This document shows positions 38,500 through 51,569 of a stretch of DNA of 64,000 nucleotides, piece after piece. The notes under the pieces are model-generated. The model ran no database searches, was not told the origin of the DNA, and saw only the letters and a program-made list of their open reading frames with translations. The DNA lies in contig NC_057750.1 of assembly GCF_004010195.1 (NCBI RefSeq), positions 14,363,221-14,427,220 on the forward strand. The letters run 5' to 3'. This DNA is from Chiloscyllium plagiosum. Taxonomy: Eukaryota. The translations under genes and the position numbers were made by a program. The first letter of the stretch is position 1, and every line of letters begins with the position of its first letter.

Positions 38500-38842
38500 G
38501 CCTTGCAAGAGAAGTGACCTGATCTAAAATAATAGAGAATTGATTTTTGGTTTAGAAAACTTGAGATTGAAAGTTTTTAGGACATTTCAGAAGAGACCTG
38601 ACTGGGTCAGCAGCAAATTTAGTTTTCTCTCCCTACAAAAGTATAGGAAAGTGGAGGGAAAGCACAGTCATCTCAATAGAAAAGTTTAGGTTGTGAAGCC
38701 CTCAGATCAGGAGTGTTTGGTTAGAAGCCTACAGGGTTTTAAAAACTGACAAACATCAGTGTTCATGTAAGAAGACTTCATAGTTCATAGAGCAGAAACT
38801 AGGATCTGACTTGTGCAGTAGTACCATCATTGGAATCATAAT
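38500..38842 (+). mobile_element. LTR-like repeat fragment, homologous to 49740-50590
   Basis: Shared blocks attgatttttggtttag...gagtttttag and tctgacttgt.cagtagtaccatca. Confidence 0.55.
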
Positions 38843-39604
38843 ATAGTTCAGGTTGATGTTTTAACAGTCCAGCTTCCACGTTACCTGACTTTGTCCAGAC
38901 CGGTCCTTTCATAAAGACTGCATGCTGCTGACCTAGAACACAATAGGTTTTCATGTCCATGTCTGACATATCAAATTCAAATGAAGCAGTTAGATAAATC
39001 TGTTAGGTGAAAGTGAAAAAGTGAAAGTTAGATAAATCTGTTGCCTACTGTGAAGAGGATTCTGCAAACTTAGTTTCAGACAGAGAAATAAGGCTCCGCT
39101 ATGATGACCTTGCTACGCATGTTGCGATTTGCATTGTTAGAATAATGGCAGGTCAGAAGCAGGAGAAAAACAGCTATGAGCAAGAATTATTTATGAAATC
39201 TGATGTAATTTCTAGCTAGATAGCTGATTCCATCCAAGGTGGAAACTTTAGACTAATGTCAGTAGATGTAACTTAGAGTTTAATGATCAACACTGTTATT
39301 GTTCACAAAATGATTTTGTCTAAACTTGTTTTATTGCAAATAACAAGGTTGCTAAAATTAACAGAAATGATTGCATTGTAACTGAGTGACTATTTTCAGA
39401 CATTTTACCATCAAATATCATGCATGATGATTATATTTGTTTGCTGTATTGTATGTTGTTATAGAAAACAATGTATGCCTTTATCGGCTATCTGGAAGTA
39501 TATTGAATGATACATTGATTAGTGAACTAATTGCTTTGCTTATTAAAATGACATTTCCATATTAAAACTCTTAAATCTCTAATGCATTCATTTTTGTTCC
39601 TCAG

Positions 39605-39726
39605 ATTTTACTCCCTTTGATAAATCAATACTTCAAGAATCATTGCTTATACTTCCTTTCTACCCCAGCTCAACTCTTGGGCAGTGGAGGACATTCCTCA
39701 AACAAAGAGAAGGAGATGATAGCCAG
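39605..39726 (+). CDS. RYR1: RyR exon (~exon 60), 122 bp
   Basis: cctcag|ATT...GCC AG|gtctgt; [40 protein letters not shown]. Confidence 0.95.
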
Positions 39727-39960
39727 GTCTGTGCTCTGGGTTAGGATGTATATTGGACAAGAGTATGATAAACCATGAATATAGTGGCTTATTGTTTGAA
39801 ACGTCCTTTCTGAATGCATTTTCTTTATAGTTATCTTCATTGACCAGGATGATTTCAATAATATCTGTCATGATTCGGAGATGCCGGTGTTGGACTGGGG
39901 TGTACAAAGTTAAAAATCACACAACACCAGGTTATAGTCCAACAGGTTTAATTGGAAGCA

Positions 39961-39995
39961 CACTAGCTTTCGGAGCGACGCTCCTTCATCAGGTG
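39961..39995 (-). ncRNA. Minimal hammerhead ribozyme motif
   Basis: CAC-CUGAUGA-A-GGAGC guc GCUCC-GAA-AGCU-A^GUG. Confidence 0.75.
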
Positions 39996-40163
39996 ATTGT
40001 GGAAGGCTCGATCCTAACACAGAATTTATAGCAAAAATTTGCAGTGTGATGTAACTGAAATTATACATTGAAGAATTGTATAATTCTTCAATGTATAATT
40101 TCAGTTACATCACACTGCAAATTTTTGCTATAAATTCTGTGTTACGATCGAGCCCTCCACAAT

Positions 40164-40198
40164 CACCTGATGAAGGAGCGTCGCTCCGAAAGCTAGTG
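40164..40198 (+). ncRNA. Minimal hammerhead ribozyme motif (sense to RYR1)
   Basis: cacctgatgaaggagcgtcgctccgaaagctagtg. Confidence 0.75.
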
Positions 40199-41689
40199 TG
40201 CTTCCAATTAAACCTGTTGGACTATAACCTGGTGTTGTGTGATTTTTAATAATATCTGTGGTTGCTGTAAATACTGCAATGCATTTCACAGCATTAGCAA
40301 ACAGAATCGGTCACTGGTAATGCTTGCTTTAACAAGTGTTGATCATTTAAACTGGCAAATACCCTCAATGCTTTCAGTCTCCCCAGATAAAAGCATAGAA
40401 CTCTGGAGAAACTGAGTAGATCCAATGGAGAGATAGAGTTAATGTTTTAAGTCCAGTATGATGTTTCTTCAGAATCTCGCCAGATGTTTGCCACATTGTT
40501 TCCAAAGATTAGCAGCGCAACATTTGAAAAATTGGGAGCAGACAAAATATTTCACTGCAATGCTGCCAGATTTCCAACTTAAATATTCAAGTATCATATT
40601 GATACTGGACTCTAAATTCAAACTACAAGCTTAGTGCTGGTTTAAAGTTTAACCCACTTTACATTGCTGCTTTGGTTACAGTATAAATGCAGCCTAAAAT
40701 AAAATCATGGCTGATTTTAAAAAAGTTATTTACCAATTTAGTTGACCCATATGCTGATTGGAGTATATTTTGCCCACCATGATTCCATCCTACCCCATCA
40801 CTCGACAAAACAAATCAATTCGCTTCAAACTGTAATTTTGAGGTGGTAATCTCAAGGGATTCGAAATGTAATTATCCGTTAGTGGAGGGTACTTTCATGG
40901 TTTGACATCATTTGAACATGTTGCTCAGAGTCCTGTCACGTAATGACTCCTAGCTATCCATTGTTCTCCACTTAGTGAAAGATTTTTATATGTCCTTTTA
41001 TTAAAATGATGTACTTCGGAATTAGAGGGATGTGTTGCAGTCTGATTCTATTCACGGCAATTTATATGCAGAAGGACTTCTGTAGATATCCCAAAATGAA
41101 TAACTGAATTCACAGTCCTCCTTTTGACAACTGCCATCTCAAACATTCCAACAATCCAAATTGTGGATGACATTTTATGGTACTATACAGTATCTGAGAT
41201 GCTGTAGAGCACCAATAATCCTGTCACAGTCTCCTTGTTGCTTTACTTCCCCTTTACCTGTAGTTCTCTGTACAGCAATCTGGATTTACCTTCAGTTAAC
41301 CTTCCATAAGGAAACAATTAAAAGTGAAATCATGAACATTTTTGTAATTTCCCTACAATTAGCACAGAAATTAGGTCTTTCTCCTAACCCTCATTCCATC
41401 CTTCCTCACCTCTCCTGCCACCCTCATCCTAAACCTTTGATGAATCCCATTCTATCAATATTACAATAATTTGCAACAATATAAGTGCATCATCCACAGC
41501 TTGCTTGAGGAATCCATCAAGTTAATCAGTGAAGAAACCAGGCAGGCCTGAGGCTCAGTGAAGCAAAGTCCTTCCTCTTAATCTGAACAAGTAATAATTA
41601 TTAAGCTGATTGGCGTACCATGGTGTATGGGCTTCTGCTGGGATTAAAGCTTAGTGGGTATGTGCCAAAGCTTTAGAATAAGTTCTGAG

Positions 41690-42125
41690 CTGTAGATCGA
41701 AAGAACATTCAGAAAAGGTTCACTCACCTGATTCCTGGGATATAGAACTTAGGTTGTGGGGAAAGGTTGAGCAGATTGAGTATAAACCCAATGGAGTTTA
41801 GAAGAATGTAGTTTTATTGAAACACAATAAGATCCTGAGGGACATGACAAACTGGATGCTGAGAGAATGTCCCCATTGTGGAGGAGTCCAGAATTAGAAG
41901 ACATTGTTTATAAATTAGGATTCTGTCATTTAAGTCTGAGATGTGGAGGCTTTCTCTTCCTCAGAGAACAGTGGTTGAATCATTAATTAAGTTCAAGACT
42001 GAGTGAGATAGATGTTTGATCAACAAGAGGTTCTGAAGGGTGAACAGGTGGATGCAGTTACGGTCACAATCTGATGAGCAAGCATGAGGAACCATTTGGC
42101 CTGTTCCTGCTCCAGCTTCTTGTGG
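41690..42125 (+). mobile_element. CR1 LINE 3' fragment, degenerate
   Basis: ttcagaaaaggttcact...ggagtttagaagaatg...ggcctgttcctgctcc. Confidence 0.75.
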
Positions 42126-42494
42126 TGATATCTTGGGAAGGAGAGAACTGTGATTTTGTGTCAAATTCCATTCAACTTTCTCATGGTGCAAGCCTGCAGT
42201 CAAAGATTTTCAAGGTAATCGTTCTCATCTTCTGAGCCTGATAAAGTTCCACCTAAATTCTGTAATTCAGGTTAAGGGCATGACTGATAATATAGGAAGT
42301 ACAAAAGTGAATGATATGATCATTTAGAAATCAGAAGAATACAAGCTCTGGACATGTAAAAAGAAACAAAAATTAGATGCTGAAACATAAGATGGAGATC
42401 TATACATAAAATGCTCAAGTCAGCAGCCAAATAAGTTTGCTCTTGACGGTTTCCAATTCAGAGATCAGAGAAGGCAAGTTCCAAACTTATTGAA

Positions 42495-42655
42495 AAACCG
42501 AAAGAACTGCAGATGCTGTAAATCAGAAATTCTAACATTTTAGGGCCACTCAACCCGAAATGTTAACTCTGATTTCTCCCCACAGATCTGCTGACCCTTT
42601 CCAGCAATTTCTGGTTTTGTCTCTGATTTACAGCATCGGTAGTTCTTTTCATTTC
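42495..42655. mobile_element. PLE-derived fold-back element
   Basis: Arms aaagaactgcagatgctgtaaatcaga / tctgatttacagcatcggtagttcttt; partial hammerhead remnant acccgaaatgttaac. Confidence 0.7.
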
Positions 42656-43489
42656 TATTCTTTTCCCAGTCACATGACTATTCCAGTTCAGTTTGTTCTC
42701 GCCTTTACAATGTTGATCTACTTCATCAGGGTAAATTGTGCCACCTTCATGCTTACCAATGTTGGCCAAATGTCTCTAAAGAATACTGTTTCATCAGGAT
42801 TTCAACTTGTAATTCCTTCTCCTTGATGTATTCCTTCAAGAATGGGAAAACCCAAAATCAGCCAAGCCATTTCAACTCAGTACTAAGTTCTTAAACACCT
42901 TATTTTGGTTGTTGCAAGAACTATAACCCACCAAATGTAAGTAAATAATGGAGAAGACATTTTGAAACAGTTCCACCTCTCAAAAACATTGTTTGATGGA
43001 CAGCTGTTTCTCTAAGATTAGTTTTCCTTTGATTAGTTAACCTACACAAGGTAAGAAGGGCTCTAATGCTAAAAGTTCAACTGTTGATAATTTTAATGTC
43101 TGACACTTTATAGAACTGTCATAAAAGCAATTTTTAAAACGGTGTTCTGGATGTATGACATTTTAAGAAGTTTTTTCATATATGTCATTGGTACTCTGGA
43201 GTGTGTTGGTTTTGTACAGGGTGTTTATTAGTTGAATGGGCTTAGGTTGATATGAGGACATGGGTAAAACCTTTTTAACTTGCTTTTAAAATGGTTTCTT
43301 CATCCAGACACTTCAGAGGGACCATGAATCATGACTCCTTAAAAGGCTGGCCTGACTCCACAAAAATTAAGTTACTTGCACCTTTATCCTGTGCTGATTT
43401 TTAAAAAAAATTGGGGTGCTGGGAATCCCAGGAACCAGGACCCAACTACTAGCTTCAAAGGTCATCAGAATCTTTCTGGCTCATGAAAA

Positions 43490-43600
43490 ATTTCTGATGA
43501 AAACATTCCTGATGAAGGGCTTATGCCCGAAACTTCAATTCTCCTGCTCCTCGGATGCTGCCTGACCCGCTGTGCTTTTCCAGCGCCACACGTTTCGACT
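43490..43600 (+). mobile_element. PLE terminal fragment with near-intact hammerhead and TSD
   Basis: ttc-CTGATGA-a-gggc ttat gccc-GAA-actt-c; TSD ctcatgaaaa at 43480-43489 and 43599-43608. Confidence 0.8.
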
Positions 43601-44235
43601 CATGAAAATTTGGCCCCCATTTAAAACTTTGCATTTCAATTTGAAATATCCCTTAACATCTTTCTTTAAAGTTGGTAATCAAAGATTGCAACTTACTATT
43701 TGTGAATTTTGCCACTTGAGCCAGCATTATTTTGTGCTATCAGGGCTTTCAGTACAAATGAAAAAGAACAAAAGAATTAGGAGCAGGATAAGGCATTCAG
43801 CTCTGGAAGCCAACTGCATCATTTGATGATATAGGACCAGAAATTGCTGGGAGAGCTGTCATTGTAAATTATTGTGCTCTAAAGTAATGCAAGAGGACAA
43901 GAAACAAAAAATTCAAACATAGAATTGACAAGTTTTATGAAACATTTGTTTTAAGGTTGATTGACTTCTAGCATGACCTGGGCTGATAAATGATGTAATG
44001 TTGGTATTAAAGAAGTAATTTTGCCCACTTACTAGAGATTTTGAAACTTACAAGTAAAGGAAAATGCACCTTTCTAGCTAGCTACACATATGGTGCACAA
44101 TTTAGACCAACCTAGTCTAATCTGCTTCAGGCTTCTCTCATTGTTACTTCCTCTCTCTCAATAATTACTGGTGCCAGTTCTCATACCTTCTCACTTCTGT
44201 TCTTCCTGATTTGTTTCCCTGTTTCTCTACTTCAG

Positions 44236-44285
44236 TATCTTCTGCAAACTCGCAGCCTTGATCAGACATAGAGTCTCCCTCTTTG
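44236..44285 (+). CDS. RYR1: RyR exon (~exon 61), 50 bp
   Basis: cttcag|T ATC...TTT G|gtaagc; IFCKLAALIRHRVSLF. Confidence 0.95.
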
Positions 44286-46164
44286 GTAAGCAGCATGGAG
44301 TGTTGGAGCATAGTGTTTGTCACTTTCTGAAGCTTGTACTGTCCAGTCACGCTGTTGTTCTGTCTGTAGCTTGGATTTGTTTTCTTTCTATATAAGCCTT
44401 TCCTCCAACGAAACAACAATTTGAAATCCAATGTGTAGAATAAGTACTGCAGTTGTTCTTCATCTTTATTCCCTTCAGTACGTTTTAACTGGTATTATGT
44501 TGGTCTTTTAATTCAGCTTCTGAGAGGCCACCTTTCAATTTTTAAGCCTTGAAATTGTAAAGGTAGTCCAAGAGCAAATTCTTTGACTCAATTTTATCAA
44601 ATTTAAAGATCAGCATCGGAAAAAAAGCTTTTGTTTCACTCAAAAGCTCTCCAGAAGAAGGTGGTGAACTTCATCTCAGTTTCTTGTGCCATACCTTTTT
44701 GTTTCTTGTGCTCTTTCAGGTGATTAGATAGAATTAATTTATACAAATATTCTACCTTTAGTATATTTGTGTATCTTTATGTGCTTATACTATAGTATGT
44801 CACTTGACTGTTTCAATGCTACATGCAGCCAAGTGTGTCACAACAGCTTGAAGTGAAATATGATGAGATTAAAAAATTTGTTGTTCAATAAAAATGTTGT
44901 TTCTAACAAAGCAAGCAAATTAGTACACACAAACTGGAACAACTTGGGTAAATTAATCATTTCAATTGCCTGTGAGTGTCTGTTTATAAATATCTGTATG
45001 CGTAACATTTAAAAAAAAATGAATTTTGAGACTGGGAACGCAATTCATGTTCCATGTATTCAGAACTATATATTATAAGGTAACACATTTTAATCCGACT
45101 GGAAGAAAAATGGGTGACTGTAAAAGCACTCAATTTGTTCTTCTGCTCTCAACTAGAAAATATAGTCTGCATTTCATCGTGTTGAATAGGAAGGAATCTT
45201 ATTTAATTGTGATAATATCCACAGCAGCTCATTGTTAACAGTAAATCTGTTTCTAAGTTTTGTTGAAATTTATGAATATATATAATGTGGTTATTAGAAA
45301 AAAATCATCTTTTATTTGCAAAGAACTTTTTGATTCTTATCATAACTGAGGTTAATATCTTTGGGTGGTTGCTCAAATCTGGCACTAGTTCAATATAATT
45401 GATTGTTTCATTTTGGGAAGGTCCTATCTGACAACAGTCCTATTTCATCTGAGTTTCATGAATAAGTTTGTCATCAGCAAGGTACATTTGTATGAATCTC
45501 CTCTCCTTCAGTTCATGACAGTCCAGATGGTCATACCTTTCCATTTTTTTAAAACTGGTTGATCAACCCAATTCTCTGTATGGCTGTTATGGGAAAACAC
45601 TTCAGTGTCTCCAAACCATTCACATTTTCCCTTTTTAGCCACCTCATGCACAAACTCAAAGATCTCTTACTCCTTTTCTGCCCAACAGACAAACTGACCT
45701 CTTCCTGAGAGTGATTTATTTCTTCTCCTCACCATGATTTTCTGCATTTCTCTTTTTGTTGTTGATTTTCTTTGTCTGCATGTGTGCTCTGATCATCTTC
45801 ATTTTTCAGCTCCTCCAGTTGCAGCCCTCTTTTCTCCATGCCTGCCACATGACTGCTTTCTTAGCTGCTTTCCTGTTTGACATGGCTTCCTGGTCAAGGG
45901 TTACTAAGTGGACTAATCTTTCTTATTATCCAAGATTATTATAGTTTATACCTTTACAAATGATGCAAGCTCTTAAATGCTCTTTTCAAAATGTGTAACC
46001 TTTAAAGCTTCTTTTAAAATAATTACAGTAACAAATCTCTTAGTGTACTTCATTCTCAATTGAAATTTTTCTCTCCTTCCTATTGCTAACTTCAAGAATA
46101 TTACCATATGTGCCTTTTATTAAAAAAGAGGAGAAACAATTATATATTTATGACTTTGCCCTAT

Positions 46165-46360
46165 CGCTAGTGTTGTAACACAGGCGAACGAAAAAGCAAA
46201 CCTGTGCACAATGAGCTCCAATAAATAGCAACAAGAGAAAGTACAGATTACCAGTTTTGGTAATGTTTATTGACACTAAATATTATTAGAAAACTTTTTC
46301 ATACAAGGCTATGAGACATTTTCCATCTATCTGAGTAGGCAGGAAGGGCCTTGCTTAACT
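46165..46360 (-). mobile_element. Deu-domain SINE remnant
   Basis: Degenerate reverse complement of the Deu core (tgtgcacaatgagctccaataaatagcaa...taaatatt). Confidence 0.45.
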
Positions 46361-46500
46361 TTCTTTTTGTGAGAGCAATATTTGCTTGAAAATCCCAAAT
46401 TTCCACTGCATGTGCAATTTTGATACAAACGCTATTGCTAAAACAGTAGCCTGGAACAACTTGGAACAAAACTGTTTAACTGTTCTTATTTCTGAAACAG

Positions 46501-46561
46501 GTACTGATGCTTCTGCAGTTATAAACTGTTTGCATATTTTGGGAAGATCTTTAGATGCCAG
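46501..46561 (+). CDS. RYR1: RyR exon (~exon 62), 61 bp
   Basis: aaacag|GT ACT...GCC AG|gtaagt; TDASAVINCLHILGRSLDA. Confidence 0.95.
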
Positions 46562-46897
46562 GTAAGTCCATTTTTTCAATCCTTAACACTCTAGATTTAA
46601 ATTGTGCCTTGGGTATTCTTGACAAACCTCTTTATATGATCTGACAGCCCAGCTCTGTCAGCAGTTAATTTTTGTTTGTTAGTCTTGTATTATTTTCTCT
46701 CGTTTTTACTTTCTTCCCATTCAAAGGTATTGATTTCCAAGTGGGGATATGCCTGTCTGGGCATCAGCACCCTTTCAATTATACTGCACTGGCAGCATTA
46801 TTCAGCATAGCCATTCACCAACAAGCATTTATAAAGATTTTTTGTCTTGTTATAAATTTTCAAGCCTTGACATATGTGTGTTTCTACTTGTTAACAG

Positions 46898-47136
46898 GAC
46901 TGTAATGAAATCTGGACCTGAAATAGTGAAAGCAGGCCTGCGGTCATTTTTTGAAGGAGCCTCCGAAGATATTGAGAAAACTGTGGAGAATCTGAAGCTT
47001 GGCAAAGTCTCTCAAAGTCGAACACAAGTGAAAGGAGTTGCTCAGAATGTCAATTACACCACTGTGGCTCTTTTGCCTGTACTTACCTCATTGTTTGATC
47101 ACTTGGCACAGCATCAATTTGGAGATGATATCATAT
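46898..47136 (+). CDS. RYR1: RyR exon (~exon 63), 239 bp
   Basis: taacag|G ACT...ATA T|gtaggt; [79 protein letters not shown]. Confidence 0.95.
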
Positions 47137-47399
47137 GTAGGTATTAAAAAGGGTCAAAAGAAACCGCATTCCTGCCAGCTATGCACCGTGTATTTTACAT
47201 ATTAATCAGTAATGAGGTTCTTTATAAATATGTTTAATATCTATTACCGACATGTGCTTCCAGCAATTTTTTTTAAAAATTGATGAATTCTTCTATTCAC
47301 ATTTATAATGGAAAACCTTTTAAACTTGTCTCACTGTAATTACACCCTCCTGTCACCAATCTTTACTGGCAAGTGAATGACATTTCAAGCATTTCAGTT

Positions 47400-47775
47400 A
47401 GAAGCAAAAGTTTGGCCCTTCAAACCTTTTTGTCATCCAATATTTGATCAGTTGGTGTTTTAAATTCAACATTCTTATCCGCCCTTGATAAAATTTGGTT
47501 CCCCTTCCTGACAGGAATCTATCTACCTCCACCTTAAAAATCTTCAATGCCCCATCTTCACCACCACCTGAGACAATTTTCTCATCTGTGATCCCTAATT
47601 TCAATTTCCAACTTCAGACTTGTCTGCAACAGCGATCAAAATTTTCACATCCATCATGTCTGGTCTTTCCTTGTAAGACAATGTTCTCATTCCAGGTATC
47701 AATCGAGTAAACCACCTCCGAAATGCCTCCAGTTCATTTACATCCTTCCTTAAATAAGACCAAAACAGTACGCAG
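47400..47775 (-). mobile_element. CR1 fragments
   Basis: Minus ORF CVLFWSYLRKDVNELEAFRRWFTRLIPGMRTLSYKERP. Confidence 0.8.
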
Positions 47776-48689
47776 TTATCATGATACATATTACATGATA
47801 TATTTATATCAGTAGTTTCCATTATCAAAGTAAGGAAAGAAACTTAGAGAGGAAGTATAAAAGAGAAGATAGAATGTGTGACCATGAAATGAAGACTGCA
47901 TAGCATTGGCAAGCTTAGGACAGTTCTCTCCAGTCTCCAACCATGTTTCACTTGGAATCCCACATCTGGATTTGACTTCTTGTATAATGTCACAGGAGAT
48001 CAACTAGTTGAGTTTATAAACTTTGTAATTGGGTCAATAGTGGCAAAACAGACAAAAGTTGCACTGCAACCAGAAATCTTCATTCTTGTCTTGCAATTTA
48101 TGGTTAAATTTAAATAGGCATGTACTTTTCAAGGAAGAATCCACATTTACAGATTTCTGTCAAATAAATATGAACCATACTATCACAGCTTAATCAGATT
48201 TGTGTAATGCAGCTAAATTTGTTCTGTATTCACAGCACTGCTAACAATTAAATAGTAAAACCGCAGAGGTTCTCGTAAATATTTCCATAGGCTTGATCCT
48301 ATAAGCAGCAAATTATCTCAAATTCAGTCCAGAGTCTGTGCTTAAATGAGCTGAACTGGCTGCAAGATTAATCTGTGTTGAGCTAGATCATGAAAGAAAT
48401 AATTGGCTAGGAATGCTGCTGCTGGTAGTTATTGATCCTTATTTGTTTGCTGAGGATAATACAGGACTTTGTTCTAATTCTTCCCTTGTCTTTCTCGCCT
48501 TCCCACGTGATTGAAAAGCAGCATGATTTAAAACATTGACACAAACATGAATGATAACTGAGACATGGTTAATTTTAGAGGATGCTGCTAGCTGCTGTTA
48601 TCAGTTGCTAGGTTTTAGCATTGGTGCCCTCAGTTTTCAGTGCAGTAAAGCAATGGCATTATCAAAAGGGCATTCTGCTGATCTCCATA

Positions 48690-49500
48690 AAGTGAGTGAA
48701 AGACAGAATGGTTCCTGCTCATAAGGAAGTCATTCAGACCATAAGTCAACGATGGCTGTATGCAAGAGCAACTCAACTGGTCCCACTCACTTACTTTCTC
48801 TGTAATCCTGCAAATATTTTCTCTCAACATTTAACTATTACCCTTTTGAAAGCCACAACTGAATTTTCTTCCACCATGCAATCATTTAGCGAATTTCAGA
48901 TACCAACCATTTGCTACTTAAATATGTTTTTCTCCTTGTATTGCCTTTGGTTCTTCCTGTCATTCACCTTCATACCAAGTCCTCTGGCTTTCAACCCTTC
49001 TTCAAAAGTTCCCTGACCAGAACTCTCATGATTTTTTAGCACCTTTCTGAAATCTCCTCCAACCCTTCCCTCGGGAGAACAAGTGCAGTTTCTTCAATCT
49101 GTAGATATAACCAAATTGTGTCATTCCTAAAACTGTTCTCTCAAATCTTTTCTGCACCCTTCCAAAAGCTGTCCTTCCCAAATGTAGCAGTCAAGATCAA
49201 CTGAAGTGCTCCCAGTTGAGGTCGAAATTTATCAGTTTGTCAAAATTTCCTTGTCGTTGTACACCATGCTACTGTTCATGTAACACCCAGGTCACAAATG
49301 TCTTTGTAACTATCCAATAAATGTCTTTGCAACTATCTCAATCTGACCTTGGCACTTCAGTGATTTCTACCCCAGGTTTCTCTGTCCCTGGAACCAGTAG
49401 GCCATACCACCACTCCTCACTCTCATTCTTCATACCAAAGTTCTGCAGTGAATTTCATCTGCTTAGTGTCTTCCTATTCCACCAGGCTGTTTATGTCCTC
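48690..49500 (-). mobile_element. Old CR1 fragment
   Basis: Degenerate reverse-complement CR1 3' region (aaatctttctgcacccttccaaagc...). Confidence 0.55.
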
Positions 49501-49739
49501 TAATTGCCTATCATTATTAGCAACAGTGAAATTCTAGTAATAGAGTATTTTCATTTGTTCCTCAGAGACTTGACTAGCTCATCTTGTTGAATTCTTGTTG
49601 GAGTGCCGATCAACAAACTAAAGAACCATCAGTGGCAGTACATAGGTTGAACTAGACAGGAAAGGGAAAATGGAAACATCAATGTGCTGGTGAGGGGCAG
49701 TGGGAGGGAGAAGTTTCTAGAGGATGGTGAGGTTAGAAG

Positions 49740-50590
49740 TGTGAGATTAAAATACATTAATATCATTTTTGGATTAATATTAAGTTTAGATTTTAAAATC
49801 ACAGCATTCCAATGTTGTTTACTTTTGTGAAAGAGGTTTTTTTTAAAAAGAAGCTGAGTCAGACTGTCCTTCCTGACCTAATCCTGTAAGACCCCCCGGA
49901 GTGTTAGTTGGGTAGTTTATGACAGGTGAAATAAGTATTGAAGACTCTTAGCTTGTTTTCAAATTACAGTAATCAAGGATTGATTTTTGGTTTAGGAAAC
50001 CCAGAAATTAAGAGTTTTTAGAAATATTTGGAGGAGATCTGGGTATTCTAAAATGTTTTCAAATTGCATTTTATATCTAGAAAGTTTTTATAATTTTCTG
50101 TTCTCCTGTTAAAGAAACTGTTTAGCCTTCTGTGACTGTTTCAGCAAACAACCAGTTGGTTAATTCAAATTTTAAAATATATACATGGTTTGTCAAGCCA
50201 AATTTCATTCTGGGGTCTGACTTGTCCAGTAGTACCATGGTGGCTCAGTGGTTAGCCCTGTTGCCTAACTGCACTAGGGACCCAGGTTCGATTCCAGCCT
50301 CAGGTGACTGTCTGTGTGGAGTTTGCACATTCTCCCTGTGGGTTTCCTCTGGGTGTTTCGGTTTCCTCCCACAATCACAAAGATGTGCAGTTTAGGTGAA
50401 TTAGCCAGTATAAATTGCCCATAGTGTTCAGGGATGTGTAGGTTAGGTGCGTTAATCAGAGGTAAATATAGGATAATACGGTAGGGGAATGGTCTGGGTG
50501 GATTACTCTTCGGAGATTCAGTGTGAACTTGAAGGACCTGTTCCCACACTGTAGGGATTCTATGATTGTACCATCAACTCGGAAATTGAC
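49740..50590 (+). mobile_element. LTR-like repeat interrupted by a V-SINE
   Basis: Starts tgtgaga; shares blocks with 38500-38842. Confidence 0.5.
50239..50567 (+). mobile_element. HE1-like V-SINE with 7-bp TSD gtaccat
   Basis: A/B boxes and V-domain; gtaccat at 50232-50238 and 50568-50574. Confidence 0.88.
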
Positions 50591-51068
50591 AGTTTATTCA
50601 CTTAGCTGCACTGTCTGTGTATTCCCATCCCAAAACCTCCACTGATATGTATACTGTTTATGCAGCAATGATGATACTAAAATAAATGTAATAGCCAGTG
50701 CTATGGAGATTTGGGGTTAGATTTATGTACAGCTTAATTGTAGGTGAGGTATTCAAGCAACATTGAAGGCCTGTTCTTTGCTGCTAACTATTACTTCAAG
50801 TGAGATCAGAGGACTAAATTCATTTTGCTCCATCAGTTTACCATCTAGATGATGAAGATGGAAACCTCTCACTTGTTAATTAAGTTAGGTTGATAATGGT
50901 CTCCTGTAAATCAGCCACTGTCATTGTCTCACTGGTATGAATCGTTGTCTCATTGTTATATTTTAAAGAAATAAGTAAGCTGAATTCATTTTATATTGAG
51001 CCACTTATACTTGTGCCCCAATAAAAGTTTTGTGCTAATGTTTTTGGATAATTTTTCTTATTTTTCAG

Positions 51069-51150
51069 TGGATGACGTTCAAGTCTCTTGCTATCGAATC
51101 TTGTCCAGTATTTATTCTCTTGGAACCACAAAGAACCCTTATGTGGAAAG
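51069..51150 (+). CDS. RYR1: RyR exon (~exon 64), 82 bp
   Basis: tttcag|TG GAT...GAA AG|gtattc; [26 protein letters not shown]. Confidence 0.95.
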
Positions 51151-51569
51151 GTATTCAAATTGATATGTCAAATCTGACTGTTAAGTTTGCCAAGAAGGAA
51201 CAGGGAAAAGCAGTTAGGCCACGTCTGTTGGCCATTTTTAAAAGAACAACCAATGCCTAGTTCCCATAGTTTCTCAATTTCTTTTCCTTCCACTACACGG
51301 GGAAATTTGTAAGATGTCCGCTTCATTGATCTCCTTTGGCTGCATCTACAAAAATTATTTCCCTGTTAATGCAAAATTGACTTGGTTTCACTAACTCATT
51401 CTTAGATTTCCAAATTTTAATTTGCCTCAATAAGAACTTTTGACGATTTTCTATCAGGAATAATTTTTCCCAATCAATGTTTAGCAGTTTCCTTAGCAGT
51501 ATTGAAAATTTGGAGTTTAGTTGTCTGATTTTCTGGATCACTTGGAACTTTAGACAGTGGACAGGCAGG

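Larger units (their letters stand above)
39869..40249. mobile_element. PLE-derived palindromic element with two hammerheads and a 12-bp TSD
   Basis: 170-bp arms 39910-40079 / 40080-40249; TSD aataatatctgt at 39857-39868 and 40248-40259. Confidence 0.92.

Noticed and set aside
39869..40249. DNA-transposon MITE or pre-miRNA reading of the palindrome
   Set aside because: The asymmetric tail, variable TSD length among copies (8-14 bp), single-arm copies and hammerhead cores fit a PLE origin better; the stem is far longer than a pre-miRNA.
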